DNA of 63,419 nucleotides, filler included, from Rhabdomonas costata (lineage: Eukaryota): the NCBI GenBank assembly GCA_019059605.1. It is 33 parts of 33 records of this genome, joined end to end, with 100 filler letters (N's around TTAATTAATTAA, not from the genome) between each part and the next. Parts side by side here need not be neighbours in the genome. Positions count along the whole stretch, not along the records: positions 23,113 to 24,937 come from JAHMHO010008529.1; positions 25,038 to 26,862 come from JAHMHO010008530.1; positions 26,963 to 28,786 come from JAHMHO010008531.1; positions 28,887 to 30,711 come from JAHMHO010008532.1; positions 30,812 to 32,636 come from JAHMHO010008533.1; positions 32,737 to 34,561 come from JAHMHO010008534.1; positions 34,662 to 36,484 come from JAHMHO010008535.1; 26 more parts are not named here. One strand, given 5' to 3'. Below are positions 23,208 through 35,376 of the stretch, piece by piece. Under the pieces are notes generated by a model that worked only from the letters and a program-made list of their open reading frames with translations, had not been told where the DNA came from and ran no database searches. Position 1 is the first letter of the stretch. Each line of letters starts with the position of its first letter. Made by a program: the position numbers and the translations under genes.

Positions 23208-24324
23208 GAGATCCTGCCCGGACTGCGTGCGCTCCCCCGCGAGAGAGACCTGGAGCTGGTCCGGGCCGTCACCCATAAGCTCCTATTGGGCACCCTGCTC
23301 CGGCTCCGGCTGGGCCCAGGGGTGTTTCGGCGCGTCCTGGAGGCCCTGCAGGCCGTGCTCGCCGTCCCAAGCTTTCCTCACGAGCTGCACTACCAGGTCT
23401 TCTGCGCATCAATATGCCGCTAAGCCTCAGCAAGCCGTCCGGACCGCCTTGGACCGTCCTGTGCTGAAAATTGCTGCTTCTTTACTCTAGAGTGGCACTC
23501 CAACGTGGATATAGGCAGAACCAGGGTAAGTGTGCGGAAACCTCGTGTGATTCTTGAAGGTAAGTTTGGAATGGTGTCGCTGTGGCCGTAGGGCAGAGAT
23601 ACCGTTGTGGCATCGGTTGGGAAGCTGGAAAATGGGGTATTGCCTACTGTTCATTTGGGTGCCACTTTTATGGTTTCAATGATTAGCCACTGTTTCAGTG
23701 TGTGATTCGGTTCAGCTTGTGGTTCAGTTGGTGAAGGTGTTCCGGCTGCGGTTTGTGCGGTTCCCCTCGGACTGCGCCATTCTGACCTTCCGTGCCCTGC
23801 TCGCTCTGCTCTCCCACCACGTCCCAGGTCCGTAATGCGTACTTTGTTTTTCTGTGAGAATCATGCAAAGGCACTTCTTCAGCATGTTAATGCTCCTTTT
23901 TGTGCTCAGTTGATACTTTATGATGTTTTGATTTCGTTGATGGAGCACATTCGTGATTGGCAATTGCACTGATTGTGTCATTTTATTGATCTCGTAGGGG
24001 TTTAGGAAGCGATGCACGTGTCCCCTAAATGCAGGTTCAGTGCTGACGGCATGTCATATAACCAATGACGCATGTGTATCTGTTGCTGATGGAAACCAAA
24101 AGGCGGGAAAGGCAGGCTTGAAACTGGGAACCTTTTCATCGATGCACACTGTCATACTTTTACGCTACAGCAAGATGAGAGAAATTGATATGACCGCCTT
24201 TGGACACACTTCTGGGCTCAGATGTCCGCCTGGTGGTGCTGACCATGCTGGCCAACCTCTCGGCAGACTCCAGTTACCGCATTTGCTTGGGCAATGTCCG
24301 GTCACCGTACCTCAGGGCCTGTGG
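23208..24324 (+). CDS. TSC2: Tuberin/TSC2-like protein, internal fragment (exons 23208-23396, 23728-23827, 24222-~24324)
   Basis: Phase-consistent splicing gives QLVKVFRLRFVRFPSDCAILTFRALLALLSHHVPDVRLVVLTMLANLSADSSYRICLGNVRSPYLRAC, resembling the tuberin-domain pattern L..LP..HA..(Y/F)..L...IRL...L..LRAD..(H/Y)RL.L....SPY. Confidence 0.65.
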
Positions 24325-25037
24325 GTGCTTCACAAGTGAGGTCAGATTTCAGCCTCCCACCCTAACGCAACCCCGTGCACTCACCCGCTACCGCTGCCAT
24401 GCTGTGATTAAAATTGTCTATGGTGGTATACTTTGATATGTCTCTTGCAATTACGCGTGCATTTTACTAGTCAGTTTCCTTACGTTATTCCTTATGTTCC
24501 ACATTGATATTATGTTTAGTGCTAACTACGAAAATACCATCTAAAACCGCTTTACAAACTTCATCAAATTGATTGATTATACATAGTGTAAAATATGCGC
24601 TCATTTGAACTATTAAATCAAACTTTCGATTGACGAAGCATCAGTTTTGGAACTTTGAATCGCCAACAATTCTGCACAAATCACTTTTTGCAAGTGTGGC
24701 ATATCAGGGATTCTTCAGGTATTCAGGGGTGCATCCTTTTTTCAAAGCTGTGAAGCTGCTGTTCAGTCGCAACTGCACAGTTGGAACGGAATGGACAGCA
24801 ATTCCTTATGTCAGTCGTTCCAGGCGAGCTATTGGCAACAGTATATTTGGCATAAGTGCGCTAGTGTACTCTTGCGCAAAAGATAAACGGACCCTGACAA
24901 AAGGAAACGTGCTGGGGAGACCCCACCCCCAACCCCCNNNNNNNNNNNNNNNNNNNNNNNNNNNNNNNNNNNNNNNNNNNNTTAATTAATTAANNNNNNN
25001 NNNNNNNNNNNNNNNNNNNNNNNNNNNNNNNNNNNNN

Positions 25038-25769
25038 TGTGTGGTTTGCGCCAAAGGAATTATAGGGCCTTTCTTCTTTGAAGAAGGCCGCCACAGTGTG
25101 AGTGTGACAGCTGCTCGGTACTCTTCCATGCTGGACGACTTCGTTCTTTCAGAGCTGCGCCGCCCGCGCCTTCGCCGGCAAAAAGTCTGGTGGCAGCAGG
25201 ACGGGGCGACTGCATACACAGCACATGCTGTGCTGCAGAAGCTGCAGGGCCTTTTCCTGGCAAGGTCATTTCCAAAGGGGGTTCCGTAGCTTGGCCACCA
25301 CGTTCCCCTGATCTCTCAGTCCTGGACTTCTTCCTCTGGGGTCATTTGAAGGCGCAGGTCAATCGGTCCCCTGTAGGTCCTTGCGGCAGCTAAAAAGCCG
25401 CGTGCGCGCTGCGGTGAAGGCAGTGCCAAAGCGCATGCTGCGAGAGGCATTCGCGGCCCTAGCGGTAAGGCTCAGGCACTGCAGCCGCAATAAGGGGCGG
25501 CACATGGAGAACGTTGCACCTCTCCGGTAACTGACGTTACGCGTTACACGTTACGCTGACGTGACGCTTGGAAGGTGAACCTTTTGACCAAATGCACTAC
25601 TGTGCGTTTCCCTGTTTTTGTCTTGCGTTCCTCAAGCTTGGCGATGCTACCATGCCCCCTGTGATACAGCAAAACTCCCAGGTGGGAGCACACACCCAAA
25701 AACACTGATTTCGAGACCAACGGAGGAGTATAACAATTTTAAGAGCCAAAAACTCCCGGACACCCAGTA
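25038..25769 (+). mobile_element. Tc1/mariner-superfamily DD41D (rosa/Visitor-like) transposon, 3' half, frameshifted
   Basis: GIIGPFFF..WWQQDGAT..(frameshift ~25255)PGKVISKGGSVAWPPRSPDLSVLDFFLWGHLK..(frameshift ~25380)..stop at 25530. 41 residues lie between the 2nd and 3rd Asp after restoring one base. Terminus GGACACCCAG+TA at 25758-25769. Confidence 0.88.
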
Positions 25770-26021
25770 ATTTTACGTAAAAGCAAACTGCTTAAGTTGT
25801 CTCATGTTTGGAAGCGTTCGACATAAGGAAAGAAAAGAAGAGAAGATGACATTTCGTTTCCCGATCCTTTTTGATTTGCGAAAAAGCAGAGCAAACAGTG
25901 GTCCTCTTTATCTGAGTTGATGCGTCACCCTCCTCGCCGCCAACACTCTCGCTCTCATTCTGCCCCCTCCCCTCCCACCTCACCCGTCGGGAGGGACTGA
26001 GAATGAAAGAACTAGAGGCAC

Positions 26022-26344
26022 CTGGAAGTCGAACGTCTGGCCAATGGTGTTCTGGGAAGTGTACATTTGGTACGGGTACACAACCCCAAAGTCCTTCACA
26101 ACTGCGGAGACACGCAAGCAAACCCACCGCGGAAAGTCCAGCTACCTTTATTAACCACATCGCACCCCGCTTTTGCGCAGGTTCTTTAACAGGGCAGATC
26201 GAAACCGAGCAGCGAGCAAGCCACACTGCCACCCAGACACGCGCACTCACCATTCTGGGTCTTCAATGCGGAAAGCTCCCCAAGAAGCAGAGAGGGGTCG
26301 CCTTGGTCTGCGAAAAGCCTCAGGCCTGGAGTCGCCACGTCACC
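26022..26344 (-). CDS. Spondin_N-domain-like protein fragment (exons 26344-26251, 26101-26022; possible upstream exon 26819-26775)
   Basis: GDVATPGLRLFADQGDPSLLLGEL matches the Spondin_N pattern G..A(S/T).GL..FAE.G....L..EL; phase-1 GT-AG join continues to VVKDFGVV..GQTFDFQ. Confidence 0.55.
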
Positions 26345-27610
26345 CTAATAAGCGAGCACAGCGCGTGCGTGAGTGGGTAGGTAGGGGCGCTTGGTATTTT
26401 ACGCCGTGGTTACAATCTCTCGAGGAATGGAGGAGACCTGTGTGTGAGCGGTCCCTCCGATCCCGTACGGGCTGCAGACAACGACATTCCGGTGCCTGCT
26501 TGCAGGGACTTCCCCTTACAGAGAGGCCTCTGGGGGTAAACGCAAAAGGCACAGCACATGCAGAAGATATTCGTTTTTCCGAGGTCTTTTCTGCCTCCAG
26601 CGCCCCTCTACTGCTGGGAGGAGGTTATCGGAAAACCTGGGTGGCATATAAAACCACGCAAGAGGCGCGCGCGCACACACACATACACACCACACACACT
26701 TGGTGCACTTGGCAAGGATGAGTTTTTTCTGGGGGGGGGGGGGCTCCAGGTCCACTTCCCCCCTGGGCTCCCACCTTTCGATGGGGTATGGGCACATCGG
26801 GCCTCACACCCTTGTCGGCCTATGCTGCCTTGTCACTTAGGGTTGGTTTACCCCATGTGACCNNNNNNNNNNNNNNNNNNNNNNNNNNNNNNNNNNNNNN
26901 NNNNNNTTAATTAATTAANNNNNNNNNNNNNNNNNNNNNNNNNNNNNNNNNNNNNNNNNNNNAGGAGAGAGGGTGGTGCCGTTGACGGCAAGAAGGGGGC
27001 GGGAGGGTGGGGGTGATGCTGATGACGGGGTGCTTGGAAACGACGTTAAGGAGGGGGACGATGAAAAATGCTTGCACATTCTGGAATTGTCTGACTCCAT
27101 CCTCGGCAGCTTCGGAACGCCCTCCCTGCTTCCCAGGTTTATTTCTGGGGTGGAACATAGAGCTAATATTCCCTGCCGAACCTCCGGCTAGTCGTTTAGG
27201 TTCGGATTCCTCTGAAAGTGAACGACGGTATTCATTTGGTTATGCATGAGGGCACATGCCTATGAGCATTGCATGTCTTCTGCGATGACGTCGCGCAACG
27301 GCAGTGGGTATGCCGAATGTACCCACGCTTCCGCGGGGGCGTGTGGGGAAGATTCCTCAACTGAGCGGGAAGTGCTCTGGGTTCAGGCGGTTCAGGCCCG
27401 CAGGTGCATTTCCGTAGCAGGACTGCAATATTCGGCCCTGCTGCAGTTCCCATTGATCAACCTGGGACACACCAGGCGACCACCGAGCACAGGCAGAGCC
27501 CAATAGAAATACGGGTTGTCGCCCGAGATACACAGAGCAAACTGCTGGTGCCTGTGTGCTCCCAACAGGCAAGTGTCGCACCAGTGCGCTTTCCGGGGGT
27601 TTGCGCTCAG

Positions 27611-28143
27611 GATGCCTTGGGTCGCACCCCACTGCACTACGCCGCAGAGGCCCGCTGTGTGGGGGCCATCGTTGCTCTGCGCGACGCGGGTGCCACCCTG
27701 GAGGTGTGGTTTGTTTTCGGATGCATACCCTCCATGCCTGTGCGAAAGCCAACTTTTAACTGAATGACGACCTGAGTGGTTGTTTCTCTCATTGGTTGGG
27801 TTGAATCTTGTTTGCGGTGCCTTTTTTTATGCATCGAAGTGCGGTGGTGTAGCTTCGGCCCTTCCTTGCCTCCGAATGGATCATATCATTGCCAAGGAGC
27901 TTTACCAAATGAGCGCTCGAAATTTTGCTTGATTATGGGGTGGGGTTGCGGGTGGTAGGGCTGTGAGCATCGCGAGGTGGCGCAGGGGTGTGGGTAGACG
28001 GGCAGTGGGAGGGTGTGGTGGCGCTGCTAGCTGTGCCTGGGCTGGAGCTGTGGGCGGAGGTGCTGCACTGTGCCGCGAGGCTGGGCGCCCCTCAGGCTGT
28101 GCTGCGGGCCCTTCTCACCGCGAAGGCCCCGGTGACCAGCAAG
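27611..28143 (+). CDS. Ankyrin-repeat protein fragment (exons 27611-27703, ~28006-28143; probable upstream exons in 26963-27390)
   Basis: DALGRTPLHYAAEARCVGAIVALRDAGA and VLHCAARLGAPQAVLRALLTAKA are ankyrin repeats. Confidence 0.75.
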
Positions 28144-28886
28144 GCACTCTCTGCGTGCCTGCATGCCATTGTGCCAATGCGTGTGCCTTGGATGTCGAAT
28201 GCGTGTGGCTGTGGTTGTGCCTTTCGTTGTCTGAGTGTGGGCACGAGCCACGATCTCGGAAAACGGCTGAGAATGAGACGCACGCTGCTCTGATGATACC
28301 TCTGCATTTCTGCGCTGTACTGAAGAACAGCGTGGGATGGATCATCTCCGGAGACCATGAAACCACTCCCGTGGACACATCATCCGAAGAAAACCCAGCT
28401 TTGCGGATGCGCAAAAGATATTGTCTGTGGGTGAGCTTCGCTAGAGCTGTACCGGCAACACAGCTCATCTCTCCACAATCGAAGAAGGGACTGTCAAAAA
28501 GGAACTGTTTTGGGGTTCATATCTTACTTTCACTCACTTCCCAGTGCGTCTTCCCGCATACAACTTTCAGGTAGCATAAGTGCCTTGTACCACTCATTGT
28601 GAAGAAAGCTCAATGGACAATGCGATACCCACTGACCGTTTTCGCAACGGCAGTCCGAATAGCCAGCAACGGAGGGAAGCCCCAACGCCGCTTCTCTATG
28701 AAGATTGTTATCCCGCGTCACTCTTCCTAGGACGCCTCTGGGCTTGTACCCTTGGCCGTGGCCATGGCTGCCCACAACAAAACCACNNNNNNNNNNNNNN
28801 NNNNNNNNNNNNNNNNNNNNNNNNNNNNNNTTAATTAATTAANNNNNNNNNNNNNNNNNNNNNNNNNNNNNNNNNNNNNNNNNNNN

Positions 28887-29095
28887 ACTAGGAAGGACTC
28901 GCTGCTGTATGTGATTCTTCAGTAGGGACTTCATGCAACCATATAGCAAGTAGGGCTGCCCGTTGCGCTCTTGCATGTAGCTTGGGGGGACCTCGTCTGT
29001 GGGCAGGTTGGTGCAAGGGGAGGTGCACAGCCTGTAGACATAGTTGTAAAGTGAAGTCCACTCGTTCTTCGGCCTCGCAGCGGGATCCGCAGGAA
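28887..29095 (-). CDS. Cullin N-terminal exon (CUL1-like)
   Basis: EWTSLYNYVYRLCT....LLYGCMKSLLKNHIQQRVLPS fits cullin repeat 1 (LY..VY..CT..LY...VLPS); TTTTTGCAG acceptor. Confidence 0.75.
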
Positions 29096-29689
29096 CTGCA
29101 AAAAGGCAAGGAAAGTGCGAAGCGAGGAATCCAGATTCCACACACACACACACACACAGGCGTTGCGTGGTTGGGAGTGGCGATCGACCCTGGTTTCGAT
29201 ATTTTTGAGATTTCACCCGTGGTAGTCGATTAAAGCCCTATAAAGGCGTCGATTACCGATCGCGCCAACAGTTCAGTGATTGGTGCATGAGCAATATCAA
29301 TAGCAACCAACAAGCAACCAACAAACCAAACGAATCCAACGGCGCCTGGAATAAAACGAGCGAGGGAGCCGGCAAAGGCGGTCTCTATTTCTGCTCGCAA
29401 AATTAATCTCGGCGTAAAATGGATAGGGGCACACAGAGCAACAAACACATAGAACACCCAGTAGGTATCCCCACTCCACTCGTAAAACTTACAGATACAC
29501 AAAAACAGCGGGGCGGAAGAAAGAAGCACACCTAACTGGATAGGGCATGTGAAGAGCATATGACACCCCAGACCGGCAACTTGCCAACTGGAGCCGCACT
29601 AGGGGGGGGGGGAAGGCGGAAAGGAGGGAGGCCATCTAAACCCAATGTATTGTCACCCAGAACAGCTCCATCCTCACCCAAGGGGGACT

Positions 29690-30110
29690 TCACGGAAGGG
29701 GTTCAGAAACTGGAACATCGCAGGGGATGATTCCAACACCAGTACATCTGACCGCGAACCATCTGGCAAGGGGCTCCACACAGGTCAGAACACCCGCCGT
29801 TGTACTCCTTGGCAAGCGCGTCCCCGAAGAGGCTGTGGCGGGCATATGTACCGCCGTATGGAGGCGCAAGAGAGGGGGGGGGTCCTGCCGAATGCTGCAT
29901 CCTCCACTATCCACCCCAGAGGGGAATGGAAGACCAAGGCGAAACCGACACAACACGTGCCACTCGTCTGCTGTGAGGGTCGTGCTGCTCATGCTCGCTG
30001 GGAAGGGAAGTGATCCAGGCGGTGATGATGGAGAGAAGGGCTGTCCTGTCCTGCGGCTGGGCCACCAGCGAAGGGCAAAGTTGCAAAAAGAAGGCTAGGT
30101 GTAGCTTGCC
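29690..30110 (-). mobile_element. Degenerate CRE-like non-LTR retrotransposon C-terminal region (Zn-knuckle/restriction-like endonuclease)
   Basis: Across frameshifts: DRTALLSI..AWITSLPS / LTADEWHVLCRFRLGLP / GGTYARHSLFGDALAKEY / AGVLTCVEP / DGSRSDVLVL / CDVPVSEP, in the order expected for WL..PS, RLG, RH, E, RPD and D motifs. Confidence 0.65.
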
Positions 30111-30811
30111 GCGCCGACAGGTGAAGGCCCTCACTTCAAGCCCCCCCAGCGAATCTGGCGAAGAGGCGGTCGGTCGAGGTTGACTCCTGACCACCACTTT
30201 CTGGGGGTGTGATTTTTCTCCAGATCGCAATCCGCCTTCCAATGTCCAGCGGTTTTTTCTTCAGATTTTCTCTTGCGTGTCTCGTCTTTTTGAGTTGCCC
30301 CCAATTCGGTGAACCACTTGTCGGTTGTTGTTCCTTTGACGCACCCTCTCAGGGTTTTTTGCATGCACAACAGGCCTCCCGACGCTGCGTGGCCATGTTC
30401 TTGGGGTCAGAGTAAGAATTCGTTGGCGTGTTCACTCATGCCCTTGTGTTTCATGAATCTCGCTTTTAGAAGTTGAAAATGTCTCCCCAATTCCTTTATA
30501 AATATATATTGCCCACTGTGTATCACCAGCCTTGCTGCTGTGATTCTCCTTTTACACAAGATGCCCCATCCAGTGGCGTCCCTTGGTCGCTTATTCGTTC
30601 TTTGTTGTCGCCAGTCCTGAGCGAAAGGGAGAGAGTAGCACAGGCAATAAATTACAGCAAGAAGAGGGGGTGTAGTGGGTGGGGAAGTGGCCCGTAGATC
30701 GCGAGCCTCCCNNNNNNNNNNNNNNNNNNNNNNNNNNNNNNNNNNNNNNNNNNNNTTAATTAATTAANNNNNNNNNNNNNNNNNNNNNNNNNNNNNNNNN
30801 NNNNNNNNNNN

Positions 30812-32128
30812 AACTGCATCATGAACTGCTCGTAGTCAATCTGGCTCATCCCGTATAGAATTTCCGGCTTCGGACGCTTGTCTTGCATATAGCTGATAAA
30901 CTCTTCAAAGCTCAAAGAGCCGCTGTGGTCCGTGTCCATCCGCAAAAACATCTCCGCGACATCCGTCGAGGAGTGCGGGTAGTTCATGTAGGTGCACAGC
31001 CGGGTGAGCTCCTGACGGTCTAGCTCCCCACTGCCATCCTCATCAAAAGTCATGAACATCGTCAGCACCCTATCGTACTCCTCCTGAGTGATCTTAAACT
31101 TTAGCCAAGGCTTGTCGGGATCATTAATCCCCGCGGCTGCGGACGGCGGCTCCATGCTGGATTCATGGCCGGCCCTTTTCGGGACGGTTCCACCGCTTCC
31201 GCTCTGTTGGCCCGCGTCGTGACTGGCCTTCCACTCCTCAATTTGCTGCTTCAGCGCACGGTTGGGATAAAGCTGGTCCATGGTCAGAGGTTCCCTGGTA
31301 TTGGGAGGAAAGAAGTCGAGCCGTGACGGAAAAACAAGAAATAAGCGAAAAGATAACAGCCCCCGTTTAACTGTTGACTTATATTTTTATCTTATCGTTT
31401 ATTTACCTCTTTGATGTCTTTGGTGAAGTTGGAGGAAGCGGTGATGACAGCCACGATACAGAGGATGAACATCAGCATTAACACAAAACTAGGCAATAAA
31501 AAAGCAATTTGGCAGGGGGGAGACAGCTTGCTGCGACTGAAACCAGGGTGGTTGGTTTCAGAGGTTTGGCAGAATTTGGAGTCTGGCAGGTAGTGAACGA
31601 GGAAATGACGCTCGCCATGGAAATTGGGCCCATGTGCTCAGTGTTTCTCGTATGGTATGGTGTTGGTTATCGCAACAATGCTGCTGAGGACTAGCCATGT
31701 CGGGCGGCACTGTGGAATATGTGCGGTGCTGCCCCCCCCCACACACACACACACTTGCTGTGCTTGACAAAAGCAACCTGCCTGCCCCGTTAGTTGGGGA
31801 ACACTCGAACGACTCTGTCATCAAATTTACATCCTTAGGAGTCAAGTAGGATCGCTTCAACTGAGCTTGAAATATACACGAAACTTCTCCACCTCTGCAG
31901 GAAATCGATTCAAAATCCTCACGGAAGGAACCCCTTAACTCCGCCCCTGTTCGCACACCTTCCCATTGGGCATGTCGAGTGTCTCTGCAGCCACGCCGCA
32001 ATCGATGGCCGATCAAAGTTATGGCCCTCCCGATCCATCACTGGATCCGTCATGGGCTCCTGGGAGATCGGGCACACCATTGCCTCCGGGATATCAGTCA
32101 TGCCAGAGCCAGAGCTCGAGCTTGCCAT
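30812..32128 (-). CDS. U-box E3 ligase domain fused to EF-hands, 3' truncated (exons 32128-31959, 31294-30812)
   Basis: IPEAMVCPISQEPMTDPV..GHNFDRPSIAAWL..CPMGR|EPLTMDQLYPNRALKQQIEEW (U-box), then DEDGSGELDRQE and DTDHSGSLSFEE (canonical EF loops); phase-2 GT-AG intron. Confidence 0.92.
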
Positions 32129-33204
32129 GATTTTCTTTTGTACAAATACCACGATGTCACGAATGAACTCCGCTGGGCCAGAAATAGGAAGGAGGATAGT
32201 AAAAAAGCTAAGCTGCAACTAAGAGTGGAAGAACAAAGGAAACGTGAGCAAAGTTTGTCTGACACGCGGCCCATGATCTTCGGTTCTGGTTGGTGCACAC
32301 ACAGGCGTGTGCGAGCGGAAGTACCAAAAAGAAGAACGTGCTCACCGAAAAAGGTGAAAAGGTGGAACCGCTGCCACCTGCCTCTCTGGGCCGAAGATCT
32401 GAATGCAATGGTTTTGACCACAATCGACTCTTGGAAAAGGAAGGCGGTGAAGAAACAAAGCACAGCAGTGCACATGGGCGAACTCACTCCAAATGCGGGC
32501 CGCTTCAGGCCCGTTCGCAGCTCGTGTTCAATAAAACACAGACACCCACATCCCGCAAAATAGCACATAATCGGCAACAGCAGAAAGCCTGGCAATGCCA
32601 CGAAACCTGCAGCCCCTTGCCCGGTTCCCACAAACCNNNNNNNNNNNNNNNNNNNNNNNNNNNNNNNNNNNNNNNNNNNNTTAATTAATTAANNNNNNNN
32701 NNNNNNNNNNNNNNNNNNNNNNNNNNNNNNNNNNNNTGTTGTTTTGCAGTTGTGATAACTCCGAGAGTGTGGCGAAGGTCGATCTCTGGCAGAAATGAGT
32801 AACCATAAGCAGCGTATTAGAAGTCCTTTCATGGAGAGGAGGCCTTCCAATGTCGCTGCGGGGCCGGTCCTTTCCTTTCCGGTCGACGAATTCAGCTCAG
32901 ATTCGATTGTGCACACAGCTCCTCTGTTGCGACTCGAAGTTAACCTCTCGGTTTTTTCCAGCGAACTCTGGGCGTTTGACTGCGAATTAAACCTTGAATC
33001 ATTATTTCCCTCCATAACACATGCGCAGTGCCGGCGCTCTTTCCAGTATTACGGTTCAATTCCGTTTGTGGACTCTTTTTGCTACAATTATTCTGTGAAT
33101 CTTGGGACTGCCACTATGCAACATGTCTTTAACTCTGTCTCACAGTACTTCCGCTGATGCTTAGCCAAATATCCTTCCCGTCCATCGCCTCGTTGCCTCC
33201 GCCG

Positions 33205-33483
33205 ATGTCTTCTCTGAGGGTTTCCCTCCTTTCGGTGACCTTCACGGCCCTTCCCGTACGAAAGTACCTCGACCATCCGCTTCGGATGGCGCTCTACCTT
33301 CAGGGTAGCCGCTCCATTCACTCGCGAATGGTCCAAGCAAGTGTGCGCAACGGCCTGGCCACCGTGAGCTGGGGGGAGGGCCTGTCGATTGCGGTGAATG
33401 GGCTCCCCGGTGCGGCGGCGGTGCTCCGGTTGGAGCTGCAGGCCGTGGGAATGTTCGGCAGAACCACCACACTCTCCTTCATG
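33205..33483 (+). CDS. First exon of a protein with a possible N-terminal C2-like beta domain
   Basis: MSSLRVSLLSV..VSWGEGLSIAV..VLRLELQAVGMFG, ending at an ATG|GTAGGA donor; W.E and L.LEL patterns recall C2 domains. Confidence 0.4.
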
Positions 33484-35376
33484 GTAGGATGGAGCATGTA
33501 CATGTGTGCAGAGAGTGTGACTGTTACGGGTTTGGGCTGCTGCTCTGATTTTTCCACAGCATCGTGATCGCACGGTTTTCCCTGCTGAAGTTTTCTTTGC
33601 CCACCGAAAACAGCGGCACGGAAATATAGGCAAAAGGCAAATAGCGGTAGGGAATTGTGTGTGACTCCCATTTTTAAATGATTCAGAAGTACACCACGGA
33701 TGCTCCGAAAGCGAATGATGAATCTAGGTGCATTCTCTCGCCTTCTTTATGGGCTTGTTGTTGGTTATGGGCGCTCCTTTTGTCTAGGGTAAGCTGCGGT
33801 AGGAACCCACTACACTCTCACCTCCTCCTCCTCCACTCTCCTGCACACCCTTGCGTATCATACTGAACTTTGCTAGAAGTAAAGCGATGGCAGCATTTCA
33901 GAAAGGGACCGAGATCGCAAGCATATGCACGTGTGTGCACGATGCCCTGTGTCCTGGCAGTCTATCGACCTTGCGTCGATCGTGGCCAATGTTCCAGCCC
34001 AGTGCAGCGTGGACTTTGGTTTCGGTCGGCTGACTGCCGATGTGGAGCTCCAGCATCGCGTCAATCCCCTGACCACCGAGGCTTGAATGGCTTGAAATAT
34101 CTTCGTGTAAACGCTGCAGGGAATTTTTCCTCTTCCGTCACCGAGCCATCTCGGCGATTCGGTCATTCTAGTGCCTTTTCCTTTGCGCTCCAGGGCTAGT
34201 CTGCGCTTTTGGTGCGCGTTGCCCGAGTGTGTCTGATCCCCCTACATTTTTTCCCTTTCCTTTTGATTTTGCGAAACCTGCCAAGTTAAAAAATGACAGG
34301 TTCCTTGAAGTAGTGTTTCCCTTCCTTCTTTTCACGCGTTCCCAGTTTTCCCTCGCTCGTGCCTTTTCGGTTGCTGCGTGATACCGTACCAAACCTGTCG
34401 TCACGTTTGTTTGTCGACACCTGGGCGAAGACCGCATTCGTTTGGTGCGCTCACGCCCAGTCCCTTTTTTCTCCTCTTAGACTGCCCTTGCCACAGTGTT
34501 TGGGTTTCTCTTCCGAGCCGAATCGGTTGGGTGAAGCGGCTGCCAACTCGCCGCTCAGGTCNNNNNNNNNNNNNNNNNNNNNNNNNNNNNNNNNNNNNNN
34601 NNNNNTTAATTAATTAANNNNNNNNNNNNNNNNNNNNNNNNNNNNNNNNNNNNNNNNNNNNTTGTGGTTTTTAGTTAGTATCTTTTGGTGAGCTCCTTTG
34701 AAGGTCACCTTCCTCTATCTTGGGACAATATAATTCTCCATTTTCAGTCGGTTAGGCGAATGCCATCTAGGAGTTTGTATATGCTAGCTTTATGCTAGCT
34801 TTTATAGCAACCGAGGACCTCCTTGCTGCGCACAATCACTAAGTGAAACGTGTGGGTGTGGGTGTAGGCTTTGCTCAGCAACCGCGAAAATGTTGAAACA
34901 AGCTTTTTTGTGCATTTTTCGAGGGGAGGGGGACCGAAAAACAAGTACAAGGACCCAAAAACAAGTGGCAGTGAGCAGAGTGGAGTAGGATGCCACAAAA
35001 TCAACCAGGGGCAAGGCTCGTGTCAATGCGGAATCAGAGTGATGAAGACGTAAAAAGAGTGTGACTTTTTAGCCATTTATTTTAAAGTTCGTGATCGTTT
35101 CCGGTGGTTTTTCAATTGCTTTTCTTAACAAAGCACGCGCAGAAAAAACCGAACCCAAGCAAGGCGCTCAGCCCCTACCCTGCAACCTGTATGCTGATGA
35201 AGCATACCCGCAGAGAAACCAAAATGGGAGATAACGCAGCGCTTCCTACGGTCGAAATTGCAGGGGGGCAGGGACAGGGTACGGTTTCGCTGGTCTCTCA
35301 GGAGTCTCTAAAAAGGACCTCTGTGCCTCTAAATTCTCACTGCGCACCCGAGAGTAGAGTAAGTTTCCTCATGCAC

